Both the position numbers and the translations under genes were made by a program. A stretch of DNA of 64,000 nucleotides, from NCBI RefSeq assembly GCF_030384885.1, contig NZ_CP128613.1. One strand, written 5' to 3'. This document shows positions 47,350 to 58,229 of this stretch, piece by piece. The notes below the pieces were generated by a model. That model was not told the DNA's origin, did no database searches, and saw only the letters and a list, made by a program, of their open reading frames with translations. Source of the DNA: Escherichia coli (GTDB taxonomy: Bacteria > Pseudomonadota > Gammaproteobacteria > Enterobacterales > Enterobacteriaceae). Numbering within the stretch: the first letter of the stretch is position 1; the number at the start of each line of letters is the position of its first letter.

Positions 47350-48527
47350 ACATCTTTAATCCGCAGTAAGCAAAACAGAGTGGCGATAATCATCACCATC
47401 GCAAACCAGAACACAGCGTGATAATTCCAGATCTCGGCGACGATGCCCGCCACAGATCCTGCGATGATCCAGCCCACGCGCGACGTGTTGGTATAGAGCG
47501 TGGTGGCTGAACCTGCCTGACCGGGCATCAAATCCTGAAAATAGAGCATCCCGATGCCGCCCAGAATGCCAATAAAAATAGCATTTAGCAGCTGCAAGCC
47601 CAACAGAATGACAGGTGAATGCGCCATCAGCATTCCTGCGTAAAAACAGACGCCACCCACGGCAGCAACGCGCATTAAGAAACGCTTACCCAGACGTTTG
47701 GCGAAATATCCGGCAATCAACATGGTCGGGATTTCCAGCCCGGCGGCGGTCCCCATCATCACGCCTGCCAGTTTCTCGGGAAGATGCAGTTCGTTGATAA
47801 TAAATAGCGGCATGTTGATGATGTACAGGCTGTTCGAGCCCCACATCAATGTACAAATGACAAACAGCAGCAGCGTATCGCGACGGTTACGGCGCAGCGC
47901 TTCAACCGTGCCGGTCGCCAGCGGAAGCTCTTTTTGCATCGACGGTAAAAACAGCCACACCATCACGCCGCAAACAATAAACGCTACCGCTGCGCTCAGA
48001 TACATTACCGTAAAGCTGAAACCCATCGCTAAGGCATAAGCCAGTGGCGGGCCAATGACCCATGCCAGTGAAACCTGAGCGCGTAAAAAAGAGCTGAACA
48101 TCACCGCCTCACGTCCGGTTTTGTCGGCATGTTCACGTGCAAGGGCAAACATTTGCGGGTTAGCGGTCGAGCCAAAGCTGCTAAGAAAGACGCCAACGAA
48201 TAGCAAAACAAAGTAGTTGCGATTCCAGGCAAAAAGGGTGCAGGCCAGCACGCCTAACAGGCAGCAAAAGACAATCAGCGATTTGCGATCGCCGCGCTTA
48301 TCAGAGCGCCCGGCGAGAAACTGACTGACCAGAATCCCAATGACAGCGCTGCCGGTAAAGAAGAATCCCACCATCGCCGGACGGGCATGTACTTCATCGG
48401 TAAGGAAAATACTGAGTGTCGGGGTTTGCAGAGCGCCCGCAATACCGGTGAGAAAGGCAACGATTAAAAACGCCGTCGAGGTCAGGTCAAACGATTTCGC
48501 GCTGGAGACTGCGGGGGAGTTATGCAT
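47346..48527 (-). CDS. setB: Sugar efflux MFS transporter SetB
   Basis: 393-aa 12-TM ORF. Confidence 0.9.
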   Translation of the reverse strand: MHNSPAVSSAKSFDLTSTAFLIVAFLTGIAGALQTPTLSIFLTDEVHARPAMVGFFFTGSAVIGILVSQFLAGRSDKRGDRKSLIVFCCLLGVLACTLFAWNRNYFVLLFVGVFLSSFGSTANPQMFALAREHADKTGREAVMFSSFLRAQVSLAWVIGPPLAYALAMGFSFTVMYLSAAVAFIVCGVMVWLFLPSMQKELPLATGTVEALRRNRRDTLLLFVICTLMWGSNSLYIINMPLFIINELHLPEKLAGVMMGTAAGLEIPTMLIAGYFAKRLGKRFLMRVAAVGGVCFYAGMLMAHSPVILLGLQLLNAIFIGILGGIGMLYFQDLMPGQAGSATTLYTNTSRVGWIIAGSVAGIVAEIWNYHAVFWFAMVMIIATLFCLLRIKDV

Positions 48528-48794
48528 GCTGGTCGATCACTGGAAGATGAAGACGCGGAGTTTACGCTGCTTGTCAGTAAATAAACAGACAGCAAAATCA
48601 AAAGCGCCACGAATAATCAAAATGCCATTTCACTCTTGCTGATTGTCTGCTGACGCTGCTGAATTGAAATTACTGACCACGGATTTTCCCATCAGCAATT
48701 CGGAAAAATGACAAAAAATTGTGCAGCACATCAAACTTTTGTTCATAACTTTACGGCTTTCCTTGCGTGCTGAAACAGAAGTATTATGCTTTCT

Positions 48795-48806
48795 TGAAAC
48801 GTTTCA
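48795..48806. promoter_or_regulatory. Cra (FruR) operator, distal site of the fruB promoter
   Basis: Perfect palindrome TGAAACGTTTCA about 90 nt upstream of fruB. Confidence 0.8.
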
Positions 48807-48862
48807 GCGCGATCTTGTCTTTAACCCTAAGCCAGGTTGGCGCTTTTTTTCTCATAGAAGCT

Positions 48863-48874
48863 GAATCGTTTCAA
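48863..48874. promoter_or_regulatory. Cra (FruR) operator, proximal site of the fruB promoter
   Basis: TGAATCGTTTCA within gctgaatcgtttcaattcagc, about 25 nt upstream of fruB. Confidence 0.8.
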
Positions 48875-48894
48875 TTCAGCAAGAGAGGAGAACT

Positions 48895-50025
48895 ATGTTC
48901 CAGTTATCCGTACAGGACATCCATCCGGGCGAAAAGGCCGGAGACAAAGAAGAGGCGATTCGCCAGGTCGCTGCGGCGCTGGTGCAGGCCGGTAATGTAG
49001 CTGAAGGCTACGTCAATGGCATGCTGGCGCGCGAACAGCAAACCTCTACGTTCCTCGGCAATGGTATTGCTATTCCACACGGCACTACCGACACCCGCGA
49101 TCAGGTGCTGAAAACCGGCGTTCAGGTATTTCAGTTCCCGGAAGGTGTCACCTGGGGTGACGGCCAGGTAGCGTACGTGGCGATCGGTATTGCTGCCAGC
49201 TCGGATGAACATCTGGGTCTGTTACGCCAGCTGACCCACGTACTGAGCGATGATTCCGTTGCTGAACAGCTGAAGTCAGCAACGACAGCAGAAGAACTTC
49301 GCGCATTGCTGATGGGCGAAAAGCAGAGTGAGCAGCTGAAGCTCGATAACGAAATGCTGACGCTGGATATTGTCGCCAGCGATCTGCTGACGCTTCAGGC
49401 GCTTAACGCTGCGCGTCTGAAAGAAGCAGGGGCAGTTGACGCCACCTTCGTCACTAAAGCCATCAATGAACAACCGCTGAACCTCGGACAGGGCATCTGG
49501 CTGAGCGATAGCGCTGAAGGCAATTTGCGTAGCGCGATTGCGGTAAGCCGTGCGGCAAATGCTTTTGATGTGGACGGCGAAACGGCAGCCATGCTGGTGA
49601 GTGTGGCGATGAATGACGATCAGCCCGTCGCGGTTCTTAAGCGTCTCGCTGATTTGTTGCTCGACAATAAAGCTGACCGTTTGCTGAAAGCGGATGCGGC
49701 AACGTTGCTGGCGCTGCTGACCAGCGATGATGCGCCGACCGACGACGTGTTAAGCGCGGAGTTTGTGGTGCGCAATGAACACGGCCTGCATGCTCGTCCA
49801 GGTACCATGCTGGTCAATACTATTAAACAATTTAACAGTGATATTACCGTGACAAACCTTGATGGCACCGGCAAACCGGCAAACGGACGTAGTCTGATGA
49901 AAGTTGTGGCACTTGGCGTTAAGAAAGGTCATCGCCTACGCTTTACCGCCCAGGGTGCAGATGCTGAGCAGGCGCTGAAAGCCATTGGCGACGCTATCGC
50001 TGCTGGTCTTGGGGAGGGCGCATAA
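48895..50025 (+). CDS. fruB: Fructose PTS multiphosphoryl transfer protein FruB (EIIA-M-FPr)
   Basis: 376-aa ORF; EIIA-like N-domain and C-terminal HPr-like domain (GLHARPG). Confidence 0.95.
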   Translation: MFQLSVQDIHPGEKAGDKEEAIRQVAAALVQAGNVAEGYVNGMLAREQQTSTFLGNGIAIPHGTTDTRDQVLKTGVQVFQFPEGVTWGDGQVAYVAIGIAASSDEHLGLLRQLTHVLSDDSVAEQLKSATTAEELRALLMGEKQSEQLKLDNEMLTLDIVASDLLTLQALNAARLKEAGAVDATFVTKAINEQPLNLGQGIWLSDSAEGNLRSAIAVSRAANAFDVDGETAAMLVSVAMNDDQPVAVLKRLADLLLDNKADRLLKADAATLLALLTSDDAPTDDVLSAEFVVRNEHGLHARPGTMLVNTIKQFNSDITVTNLDGTGKPANGRSLMKVVALGVKKGHRLRFTAQGADAEQALKAIGDAIAAGLGEGA

Positions 50026-50963
50026 TGAGCAGACGTGTTGCTACTATCACCCTTAATCCGGCTTATGACCTTGTTGGTTTCTGCCCGGAAATTGAACGCG
50101 GCGAAGTGAACCTGGTGAAAACCACCGGTCTGCATGCGGCGGGTAAAGGCATCAACGTGGCCAAAGTATTAAAAGACCTGGGGATTGATGTCACCGTTGG
50201 CGGCTTCCTCGGTAAAGACAATCAGGATGGTTTTCAGCAACTGTTCAGCGAGCTGGGCATTGCCAACCGTTTCCAGGTTGTACAGGGGCGCACCCGAATT
50301 AACGTTAAGCTGACGGAAAAAGACGGCGAAGTGACCGACTTCAACTTCTCGGGTTTTGAAGTTACCCCCGCCGACTGGGAACGCTTTGTGACTGATTCTC
50401 TGAGCTGGCTCGGTCAGTTCGATATGGTCTGTGTCAGCGGAAGCTTACCGTCAGGCGTCAGCCCGGAAGCGTTCACCGACTGGATGACTCGCCTGCGTAG
50501 TCAGTGTCCTTGCATTATCTTTGATAGTAGCCGTGAAGCGTTAGTGGCAGGTTTGAAAGCGGCACCGTGGCTGGTGAAACCTAACCGCCGCGAGCTGGAA
50601 ATCTGGGCGGGCCGTAAACTGCCTGAAATGAAAGATGTGATTGAAGCTGCGCATGCGCTGCGTGAACAAGGTATCGCGCATGTCGTTATTTCACTGGGTG
50701 CCGAAGGCGCGCTTTGGGTTAATGCCTCCGGCGAATGGATCGCCAAACCACCGTCAGTCGATGTCGTAAGCACCGTTGGCGCAGGGGATTCTATGGTTGG
50801 TGGCCTGATTTATGGCTTGCTGATGCGTGAATCCAGTGAACACACACTGCGTCTGGCGACAGCTGTTGCAGCCCTGGCGGTAAGTCAAAGCAATGTGGGT
50901 ATTACCGATCGTCCGCAGTTGGCCGCAATGATGGCGCGCGTCGACTTACAACCTTTTAACTGA
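50025..50963 (+). CDS. fruK: 1-phosphofructokinase FruK
   Basis: 312-aa ORF, pfkB family (GAGDSMVGG); start overlaps fruB stop by 1 nt. Confidence 0.95.
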   Translation: MSRRVATITLNPAYDLVGFCPEIERGEVNLVKTTGLHAAGKGINVAKVLKDLGIDVTVGGFLGKDNQDGFQQLFSELGIANRFQVVQGRTRINVKLTEKDGEVTDFNFSGFEVTPADWERFVTDSLSWLGQFDMVCVSGSLPSGVSPEAFTDWMTRLRSQCPCIIFDSSREALVAGLKAAPWLVKPNRRELEIWAGRKLPEMKDVIEAAHALREQGIAHVVISLGAEGALWVNASGEWIAKPPSVDVVSTVGAGDSMVGGLIYGLLMRESSEHTLRLATAVAALAVSQSNVGITDRPQLAAMMARVDLQPFN

Positions 50964-50979
50964 CAGCAGGAGAGGCATA

Positions 50980-52671
50980 ATGAAAACGCTGCTGATTATT
51001 GACGCTAATCTCGGTCAGGCACGCGCCTATATGGCGAAGACCCTGCTGGGCGCGGCGGCGCGAAAAGCAAAACTGGAAATCATCGACAATCCGAACGACG
51101 CTGAAATGGCGATTGTTCTCGGTGATTCCATCCCGAACGACAGCGCGCTGAACGGTAAAAATGTCTGGCTGGGCGATATTTCCCGGGCAGTTGCGCACCC
51201 TGAGCTGTTCCTGAGTGAAGCCAAAGGCCATGCGAAACCTTACACTGCACCGGTCGCTGCGACAGCACCAGTTGCCACCAGCGGTCCGAAACGCGTAGTT
51301 GCGGTGACAGCTTGCCCGACTGGCGTAGCACACACATTTATGGCGGCTGAAGCCATTGAAACCGAAGCGAAAAAACGTGGCTGGTGGGTGAAAGTTGAAA
51401 CCCGTGGTTCTGTTGGCGCGGGTAATGCGATCACCCCTGAAGAAGTAGCCGCAGCGGATCTGGTGATTGTGGCGGCAGATATCGAAGTGGATCTGGCGAA
51501 ATTTGCTGGTAAACCGATGTATCGCACCTCTACCGGTCTGGCGCTGAAGAAAACCGCGCAGGAACTGGATAAAGCGGTTGCTGAAGCAACGCCGTATGAA
51601 CCGGCGGGCAAAGCTCAAACAGCGACCACTGAAGGTAAGAAAGAGGGTGCAGGCGCTTACCGTCACTTGCTGACGGGCGTCTCTTACATGCTGCCGATGG
51701 TCGTTGCAGGTGGTCTGTGTATCGCGCTTTCTTTTGCTTTTGGTATCGAAGCGTTTAAAGAGCCGGGTACGTTGGCAGCGGCGCTGATGCAGATTGGTGG
51801 TGGTTCAGCCTTTGCGCTGATGGTGCCGGTACTGGCAGGTTACATAGCCTTCTCCATTGCCGATCGTCCGGGTCTCACGCCGGGTCTGATTGGCGGTATG
51901 CTGGCGGTCAGCACCGGTTCTGGCTTCATTGGGGGTATTATTGCGGGCTTCCTGGCTGGTTACATTGCGAAGTTAATCAGTACGCAACTGAAACTGCCAC
52001 AGAGTATGGAGGCGCTGAAACCGATCCTGATCATTCCGCTAATTTCCAGTCTGGTGGTCGGTCTGGCGATGATCTACCTGATCGGTAAACCGGTTGCTGG
52101 CATTCTCGAAGGGTTGACTCACTGGCTGCAGACCATGGGGACTGCGAATGCGGTTCTGCTGGGGGCGATCCTCGGTGGCATGATGTGTACTGACATGGGC
52201 GGTCCGGTAAATAAAGCAGCGTACGCATTCGGTGTGGGTCTGCTGAGTACTCAAACCTATGGCCCGATGGCGGCGATTATGGCGGCAGGTATGGTGCCAC
52301 CGCTGGCAATGGGTCTGGCAACAATGGTGGCGCGTCGCAAATTCGACAAAGCGCAGCAGGAAGGTGGCAAAGCCGCTCTGGTTCTTGGTCTGTGCTTTAT
52401 TTCGGAAGGTGCAATTCCGTTTGCTGCTCGTGATCCGATGCGTGTGCTGCCGTGTTGTATCGTTGGTGGGGCGCTGACTGGCGCAATCTCAATGGCGATT
52501 GGTGCGAAACTGATGGCACCGCACGGTGGTCTGTTTGTTCTGCTGATCCCTGGCGCTATTACGCCGGTACTGGGTTACCTGGTAGCAATTATTGCCGGTA
52601 CGCTGGTGGCGGGTTTGGCCTATGCCTTCCTGAAACGTCCGGAAGTGGACGCAGTAGCGAAAGCAGCGTAA
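50980..52671 (+). CDS. fruA: Fructose PTS EIIB'BC component FruA
   Basis: 563-aa ORF; EIIB Cys motif VTACPTGVAHTFMA; multi-TM EIIC domain. Confidence 0.95.
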   Translation: MKTLLIIDANLGQARAYMAKTLLGAAARKAKLEIIDNPNDAEMAIVLGDSIPNDSALNGKNVWLGDISRAVAHPELFLSEAKGHAKPYTAPVAATAPVATSGPKRVVAVTACPTGVAHTFMAAEAIETEAKKRGWWVKVETRGSVGAGNAITPEEVAAADLVIVAADIEVDLAKFAGKPMYRTSTGLALKKTAQELDKAVAEATPYEPAGKAQTATTEGKKEGAGAYRHLLTGVSYMLPMVVAGGLCIALSFAFGIEAFKEPGTLAAALMQIGGGSAFALMVPVLAGYIAFSIADRPGLTPGLIGGMLAVSTGSGFIGGIIAGFLAGYIAKLISTQLKLPQSMEALKPILIIPLISSLVVGLAMIYLIGKPVAGILEGLTHWLQTMGTANAVLLGAILGGMMCTDMGGPVNKAAYAFGVGLLSTQTYGPMAAIMAAGMVPPLAMGLATMVARRKFDKAQQEGGKAALVLGLCFISEGAIPFAARDPMRVLPCCIVGGALTGAISMAIGAKLMAPHGGLFVLLIPGAITPVLGYLVAIIAGTLVAGLAYAFLKRPEVDAVAKAA

Positions 52672-52826
52672 TAAAAGGTGTGTTACAGGGCAGAAATTTC
52701 CTGCCCTGTAACATTTGATGAGCGCAAAGGGAATGACCAGTTTGTGAATGTAATTTTATGAATTTAAATGGTTTTATCTTTCAGTAGAAACCTGAAATGT
52801 TCATCAAACACTAAGGTTATTTCCTC

Positions 52827-52854
52827 AAGGGCAGATTATTTTCTGCCCTTTTTA
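52827..52854 (+). terminator. Rho-independent terminator after fruA
   Basis: aaGGGCAGattattttCTGCCCttttt; a weaker hairpin also at 52681-52713. Confidence 0.8.
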
Positions 52855-53093
52855 GTGTTCCTGTTCTGTGCATCCCGTCACAAATTCCTCACTTTTGTAA
52901 TTCAGGCATTTAATCGCATTTTGTGAGCCTGCTCAAATCTGCCCATTTTGCCTCTCTGGCGGCAATTTACTTTACGTAAAACATGCATACTATGAGCACA
53001 TGTTTAAATATGAACACATGTTTAAACCGTCTTTGCAGTATCTATATTCTTGTGGATTGACAGGGTTGGTAATTTTTTACCAGAGGACGTGCT

Positions 53094-54035
53094 ATGCGCG
53101 AAAAGGATTATGTCGTAATTATAGGCTCGGCGAATATTGATGTCGCCGGATATTCACATGAATCATTAAATTATGCGGATTCAAATCCAGGTAAAATAAA
53201 ATTTACGCCTGGTGGGGTAGGGCGCAATATTGCACAAAACCTGGCGTTGCTGGGTAATAAAGCCTGGCTACTGAGCGCCGTAGGCAGTGATTTTTATGGT
53301 CAATCGCTGCTAACGCAAACCAATCAATCTGGCGTTTATGTCGATAAATGCCTGATTGTGCCGGGAGAAAATACGTCGAGCTATTTATCATTACTCGATA
53401 ATACCGGTGAAATGCTGGTTGCTATAAATGACATGAATATTAGCAACGCTATTACAGCTGAATATCTCGCACAGCACCGTGAATTTATTCAGAGGGCAAA
53501 GGTCATTGTCGCGGACTGTAATATCAGTGAAGAGGCACTGGCATGGATTCTGGATAATGCCGCCAACGTACCCATATTTGTCGATCCTGTTTCTGCGTGG
53601 AAATGTGTCAAAGTGCGCGACCGTCTAAATCTGATCCACACTCTCAAGCCAAACCGCCTTGAAGCGGAAACCCTGAGTGGGATTGCGCTGTCAGGGCGTG
53701 AAGATGTGGCAAAGGTTGCCGCCTGGTTCCATCAACATGGCCTGAACCGCCTGGTGCTGAGCATGGGCGGTGATGGTGTTTATTACAGTGATATCGGCGG
53801 TGAAAGTGGTTGGTCTGCGCCGATTAAAACCAATGTCATTAATGTTACCGGAGCGGGCGATGCCATGATGGCGGGACTTGCTTCGTGTTGGGTAGACGGA
53901 ATGCCGTTTGCCGAATCTGTTCGTTTCGCACAGGGATGTTCGTCAATGGCGCTCTCCTGTGAATACACCAATAACCCCGATTTATCGATTGCCAACGTTA
54001 TATCGTTAGTGGAGAACGCAGAATGTCTGAATTAA
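53094..54035 (+). CDS. psuK: Pseudouridine kinase PsuK (YeiC), pfkB family
   Basis: 313-aa ORF with TGAGDAMMAG motif; AT-rich coding sequence. Confidence 0.85.
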   Translation: MREKDYVVIIGSANIDVAGYSHESLNYADSNPGKIKFTPGGVGRNIAQNLALLGNKAWLLSAVGSDFYGQSLLTQTNQSGVYVDKCLIVPGENTSSYLSLLDNTGEMLVAINDMNISNAITAEYLAQHREFIQRAKVIVADCNISEEALAWILDNAANVPIFVDPVSAWKCVKVRDRLNLIHTLKPNRLEAETLSGIALSGREDVAKVAAWFHQHGLNRLVLSMGGDGVYYSDIGGESGWSAPIKTNVINVTGAGDAMMAGLASCWVDGMPFAESVRFAQGCSSMALSCEYTNNPDLSIANVISLVENAECLN

Positions 54036-54961
54036 AAATTTCCCCTGAATTATTACAAATTTCCCCGGAAGTGCAGGACGCTTTAAAAAACAAAAAACCG
54101 GTTGTGGCACTGGAATCGACAATTATTTCTCACGGGATGCCATTCCCGCAAAATGCTGAGACGGCAATTGAAGTAGAAGACACAATTCGTAAGCACGGTG
54201 CTGTACCTGCAACAATCGCCATTATTGGTGGTGTCATGAAAGTAGGTTTGAGCAAAGAAGAAATTGAATTGTTAGGCCGTGAAGGACATAACGTGACGAA
54301 AGTCAGTCGCCGTGATTTACCTTTTGTCGTTGCCGCAGGAAAAAATGGCGCGACCACCGTTGCTTCAACGATGATTATCGCGGCACTGGCAGGAATTAAA
54401 GTATTTGCAACGGGGGGGATTGGTGGTGTGCATCGCGGTGCGGAACATACATTCGATATTTCTGCCGATTTACAGGAACTGGCAAATACTAATGTCACCG
54501 TTGTTTGTGCCGGTGCAAAATCTATTCTCGATTTAGGATTAACAACAGAATATTTAGAAACCTTCGGTGTACCGTTAATTGGCTATCAGACAAAAGCGCT
54601 GCCTGCGTTTTTCTGCCGTACCAGCCCATTTGAAGTCAGTATTCGCCTTGATAGTGCCACGGAAATCGCTCGTGCAATGGCAGTGAAATGGCAAACCGGT
54701 TTGAACGGCGGCCTGGTAGTGGCGAATCCGATCCCGGAGCAGTTTGCGATGCCGGAGGAATCTATCAATGCAGCCATAGATCAAGCTGTCGCCGAAGCCG
54801 AAGAGCAGGGCGTTATTGGTAAAGAAAGTACACCGTTCCTGCTGGCTCGTGTTGCTGAACTGACCGGTGGTGACAGCCTGAAATCCAACATCCAACTGGT
54901 GTTCAACAACGCCATTCTGGCGAGCGAAATTGCCAAAGAATACCAGCGTCTCGCGGGTTAA
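54023..54961 (+). CDS. psuG: Pseudouridine-5'-phosphate glycosidase PsuG (YeiN)
   Basis: 312-aa ORF overlapping psuK end by 13 nt. Confidence 0.85.
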   Translation: MSELKISPELLQISPEVQDALKNKKPVVALESTIISHGMPFPQNAETAIEVEDTIRKHGAVPATIAIIGGVMKVGLSKEEIELLGREGHNVTKVSRRDLPFVVAAGKNGATTVASTMIIAALAGIKVFATGGIGGVHRGAEHTFDISADLQELANTNVTVVCAGAKSILDLGLTTEYLETFGVPLIGYQTKALPAFFCRTSPFEVSIRLDSATEIARAMAVKWQTGLNGGLVVANPIPEQFAMPEESINAAIDQAVAEAEEQGVIGKESTPFLLARVAELTGGDSLKSNIQLVFNNAILASEIAKEYQRLAG

Positions 54962-55054
54962 TTTCTGACGGGCAGAAAGCCGTCGCCCGTACTGATCATA
55001 CATACCAAAACCTGGCGCTAACGCCGGGTTTACTGGCATGAAAGGAAAATCATT

Positions 55055-56292
55055 ATGGATATAATGAGAAGTTTGGTGGGTATGGTGGTATTGCTGGCAA
55101 TTGCATTCTTATTGTCAGTGAATAAAAAAGGTATCAGCATACGCACGGTCGGGGCTGCATTGCTGCTGCAAATCGCTATTGGTGGCATTATGCTCTACTT
55201 CCCACCGGGAAAATGGGCAGTAGAGCAGGCGGCATTAGGCGTGCATAAAGTGATGTCTTACAGTGATGCCGGTAGCGCCTTCATTTTTGGTTCGCTGGTT
55301 GGGCCGAAAATGGATGTCCTGTTTGATGGCGCGGGCTTTATCTTCGCCTTTCGCGTACTTCCGGCAATTATTTTCGTCACAGCGCTCATCAGCCTGCTGT
55401 ACTACATTGGCGTGATGGGGCTGCTAATCCGCATTCTTGGCAGTATTTTTCAGAAAGCCCTCAACATCAGCAAAATCGAATCTTTTGTTGCGGTTACCAC
55501 TATTTTCCTCGGGCAAAATGAGATCCCGGCGATCGTTAAACCGTTTATCGATCGCATGAATCGCAACGAGCTATTTACGGCAATTTGTAGCGGGATGGCG
55601 TCCATTGCCGGTTCGATGATGATTGGTTATGCCGGAATGGGCGTACCAATTGACTACCTGTTAGCGGCATCGCTGATGGTATTTTGTTTGCACGTATTCT
55701 TAGCCCAGCCACCGAGCCTTCGCAGGTGACATTTGAAAATCTGTCGTTCAGCGAAACGCCGCCAAAAAGCTTTATCGAAGCGGCGGCGAGCGGTGCGATG
55801 ACCGGGTTGAAAATCGCCGCTGGTGTGGCGACGGTGGTAATGGCGTTTGTGGCAATTATTGCGCTGATCAACGGCATTATCGGCGGAATTGGTGGCTGGT
55901 TTGGTTTTTCCAATGCCTCTCTGGAAAGTATTTTTGGCTATGTGCTGGCACCGCTGGCGTGGATCATGGGCGTGGACTGGAGTGATGCCAACCTTGCGGG
56001 TAGCCTGATTGGGCAGAAACTGGCGATTAACGAATTCGTCGCTTACCTGAGTTTCTCCCCATACCTGCAAACGGGCGGCACGCTGGAAGTGAAAACCATT
56101 GCGATTATCTCCTTTGCGCTTTGTGGTTTTGCTAACTTTGGTTCTATCGGTGTTGTCGTTGGGGCGTTTTCGGCTATTTCGCCAAAACGCGCGCCGGAAA
56201 TCGCTCAGCTTGGGTTACGGGCGTTGGCAGCAGCAACGCTTTCAAACCTGATGAGTGCGACCATTGCCGGGTTCTTTATTGGTTTAGCTTGA
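55055..56292 (+). pseudogene. psuT: Nucleoside (putative pseudouridine) transporter PsuT/YeiM, frameshifted into two ORFs (55055-55729 and 55684-56292)
   Basis: The two ORFs are in different frames and together span 1238 nt versus 1251 nt for intact paralog nupX; by-eye alignment places a 13-nt gap between 55679 and 55680. Confidence 0.7.
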
Positions 56293-56299
56293 GTTTCAT

Positions 56300-56338
56300 T
56301 GCCGGATGTACGCGCTTATTAAGCGTTGCATCCGGCAA
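56300..56338. terminator. REP-like palindromic hairpin between convergent psuT and yeiL
   Basis: tTGCCGGATGtacgcgcttattaagcgttgCATCCGGCAa. Confidence 0.55.
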
Positions 56339-56360
56339 TCGCGCTATTCCAGATTATTTT

Positions 56361-57020
56361 TTACTGCATCATCCCGGAGAATTTATTCTCCGGGTCCATC
56401 TCCAGCGCCAGCCCTAACAACTGCTTTCTGTTTTTAATCAGATACCCTTTCTTGCTTTTAATTAATAAACCGTCATGAATGAATTGCGCGAGAACATATA
56501 AAAGATGTCGATAAGAAACGCCCAAATACTCTGCCGCTTGCGTATGCTTTTCTTGATAAAGATCACCTTCCTGCGAGAGTAATATAAAAGCTGCCAGGCG
56601 ATTCATTAACGGAAATGATTGATTCTGAGTTAAAGAAACAATATTACGATAATTTTTATGACTTAAGGTGACGCAGAGTTTTCGTAAAAATAGCGTATCG
56701 TTTAATAACAGCGGGCGGTAATGTTTCATAGGGAGCGCAAGGCACCAACACTCTTCAATCGCCTGTACCGCTCGTGGTTCATGATCTTTATCGATTAACT
56801 CAATCTCGCCAATAAAACAGGGTGCAGCAAAGAAATCAATCAGCGACACGCGACCATTAGCAAGCGTGGCGTAAAGCCTGGCGCGGCCTCGCGTCAGGTA
56901 AAACAGCCATGACGGCTGTTGCCCTTCCTGCACAATGTAGTCACGCGCTAAAAAATGAAACAGCCGTGTATCGGCTGAAACATCCGTTGAAAAGCAATCC
57001 TTATACGCGGACTCACTCAT
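56361..57020 (-). CDS. yeiL: Crp/Fnr-family transcriptional regulator YeiL (Nsr)
   Basis: 219 aa from ATG at 57018-57020 ([13 protein letters not shown]...); cNMP-binding-like domain and C-terminal HTH. Confidence 0.85.
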   Translation of the reverse strand: MSESAYKDCFSTDVSADTRLFHFLARDYIVQEGQQPSWLFYLTRGRARLYATLANGRVSLIDFFAAPCFIGEIELIDKDHEPRAVQAIEECWCLALPMKHYRPLLLNDTLFLRKLCVTLSHKNYRNIVSLTQNQSFPLMNRLAAFILLSQEGDLYQEKHTQAAEYLGVSYRHLLYVLAQFIHDGLLIKSKKGYLIKNRKQLLGLALEMDPENKFSGMMQ

Positions 57021-57188
57021 CAATTGCTGCTTAAGATCATTATTGTGGATTTCTTTCACGATGTTTATCCGCTATGAGATTTCTCATATTTAGCATACGT
57101 ACGCTGTTGTTAAGATTCAATCATCGGCCCGGTCGAATTTTCTTTGCTGTAGAAAAAATAACGCAACTGGAAACAGAGGAAATAAACA

Positions 57189-58130
57189 ATGGAAAAGAGA
57201 AAAATTATTCTGGATTGTGATCCGGGTCATGATGATGCTATTGCCATAATGATGGCCGCGAAACATCCGGTGATTGATTTATTAGGTATCACTATTGTGG
57301 CGGGGAATCAAACCCTCGATAAAACATTAATTAATGGCCTGAATGTTTGCCAGAAACTGGAGATTAATGTTCCGGTTTATGCGGGGATGCCGCAACCCAT
57401 TATGCGTCAACAAATCGTTGCCGATAATATTCACGGTGAAACCGGACTTGATGGCCCGGTATTCGAGCCGCTGACCCGCCAGGCAGAAAGTACCCATGCG
57501 GTGAAATATATCATCGATACCCTGATGGCAAGCGATGGCGATATCACTCTGGTGCCGGTTGGTCCGCTTTCAAATATCGCGGTGGCAATGCGTATGCAGC
57601 CCGCAATCCTGCCGAAAATCCGTGAAATTGTACTGATGGGCGGCGCTTACGGTACTGGCAACTTCACCCCATCTGCCGAGTTCAACATCTTTGCTGACCC
57701 GGAAGCGGCACGTGTGGTGTTCACCTCCGGCGTTCCATTAGTAATGATGGGCCTCGATCTCACCAACCAGACCGTTTGCACCCCGGACGTGATTGCACGA
57801 ATGGAAAGGGCAGGCGGCCCTGCCGGAGAGCTGTTCAGCGACATCATGAACTTCACTCTCAAAACTCAGTTCGAAAACTACGGCCTGGCTGGCGGCCCGG
57901 TGCATGACGCCACCTGTATCGGTTATCTGATTAACCCCGATGGCATTAAAACCCAGGAGATGTACGTCGAAGTGGACGTCAACAGTGGCCCTTGTTACGG
58001 GCGTACCGTCTGCGACGAGCTGGGCGTTCTTGGCAAGCCCGCCAATACCAAAGTCGGCATCACTATTGATACCGACTGGTTCTGGGGATTAGTCGAAGAG
58101 TGCGTGCGCGGCTACATCAAAACCCATTAA
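57189..58130 (+). CDS. rihB: Pyrimidine-specific ribonucleoside hydrolase RihB (YeiK)
   Basis: 313-aa ORF with N-terminal DCDPGHDDA nucleoside hydrolase motif. Confidence 0.9.
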   Translation: MEKRKIILDCDPGHDDAIAIMMAAKHPVIDLLGITIVAGNQTLDKTLINGLNVCQKLEINVPVYAGMPQPIMRQQIVADNIHGETGLDGPVFEPLTRQAESTHAVKYIIDTLMASDGDITLVPVGPLSNIAVAMRMQPAILPKIREIVLMGGAYGTGNFTPSAEFNIFADPEAARVVFTSGVPLVMMGLDLTNQTVCTPDVIARMERAGGPAGELFSDIMNFTLKTQFENYGLAGGPVHDATCIGYLINPDGIKTQEMYVEVDVNSGPCYGRTVCDELGVLGKPANTKVGITIDTDWFWGLVEECVRGYIKTH

Positions 58131-58229
58131 GTGTTGATAACAAGCCGGGACAGTATCGCAAGATGCAAGCCTGGCTATTTCTGATGGGCAGAAAGCCGTC
58201 GCCCAAAATGACATGAAGAGATAATAACT

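Noticed and set aside
55670-55690. Possibility that the psuT frame change is a programmed ribosomal frameshift
   Set aside because: No slippery heptamer or downstream stimulatory structure is evident, and the gap corresponds to 13 nt missing relative to the paralog, which fits a deletion rather than recoding.
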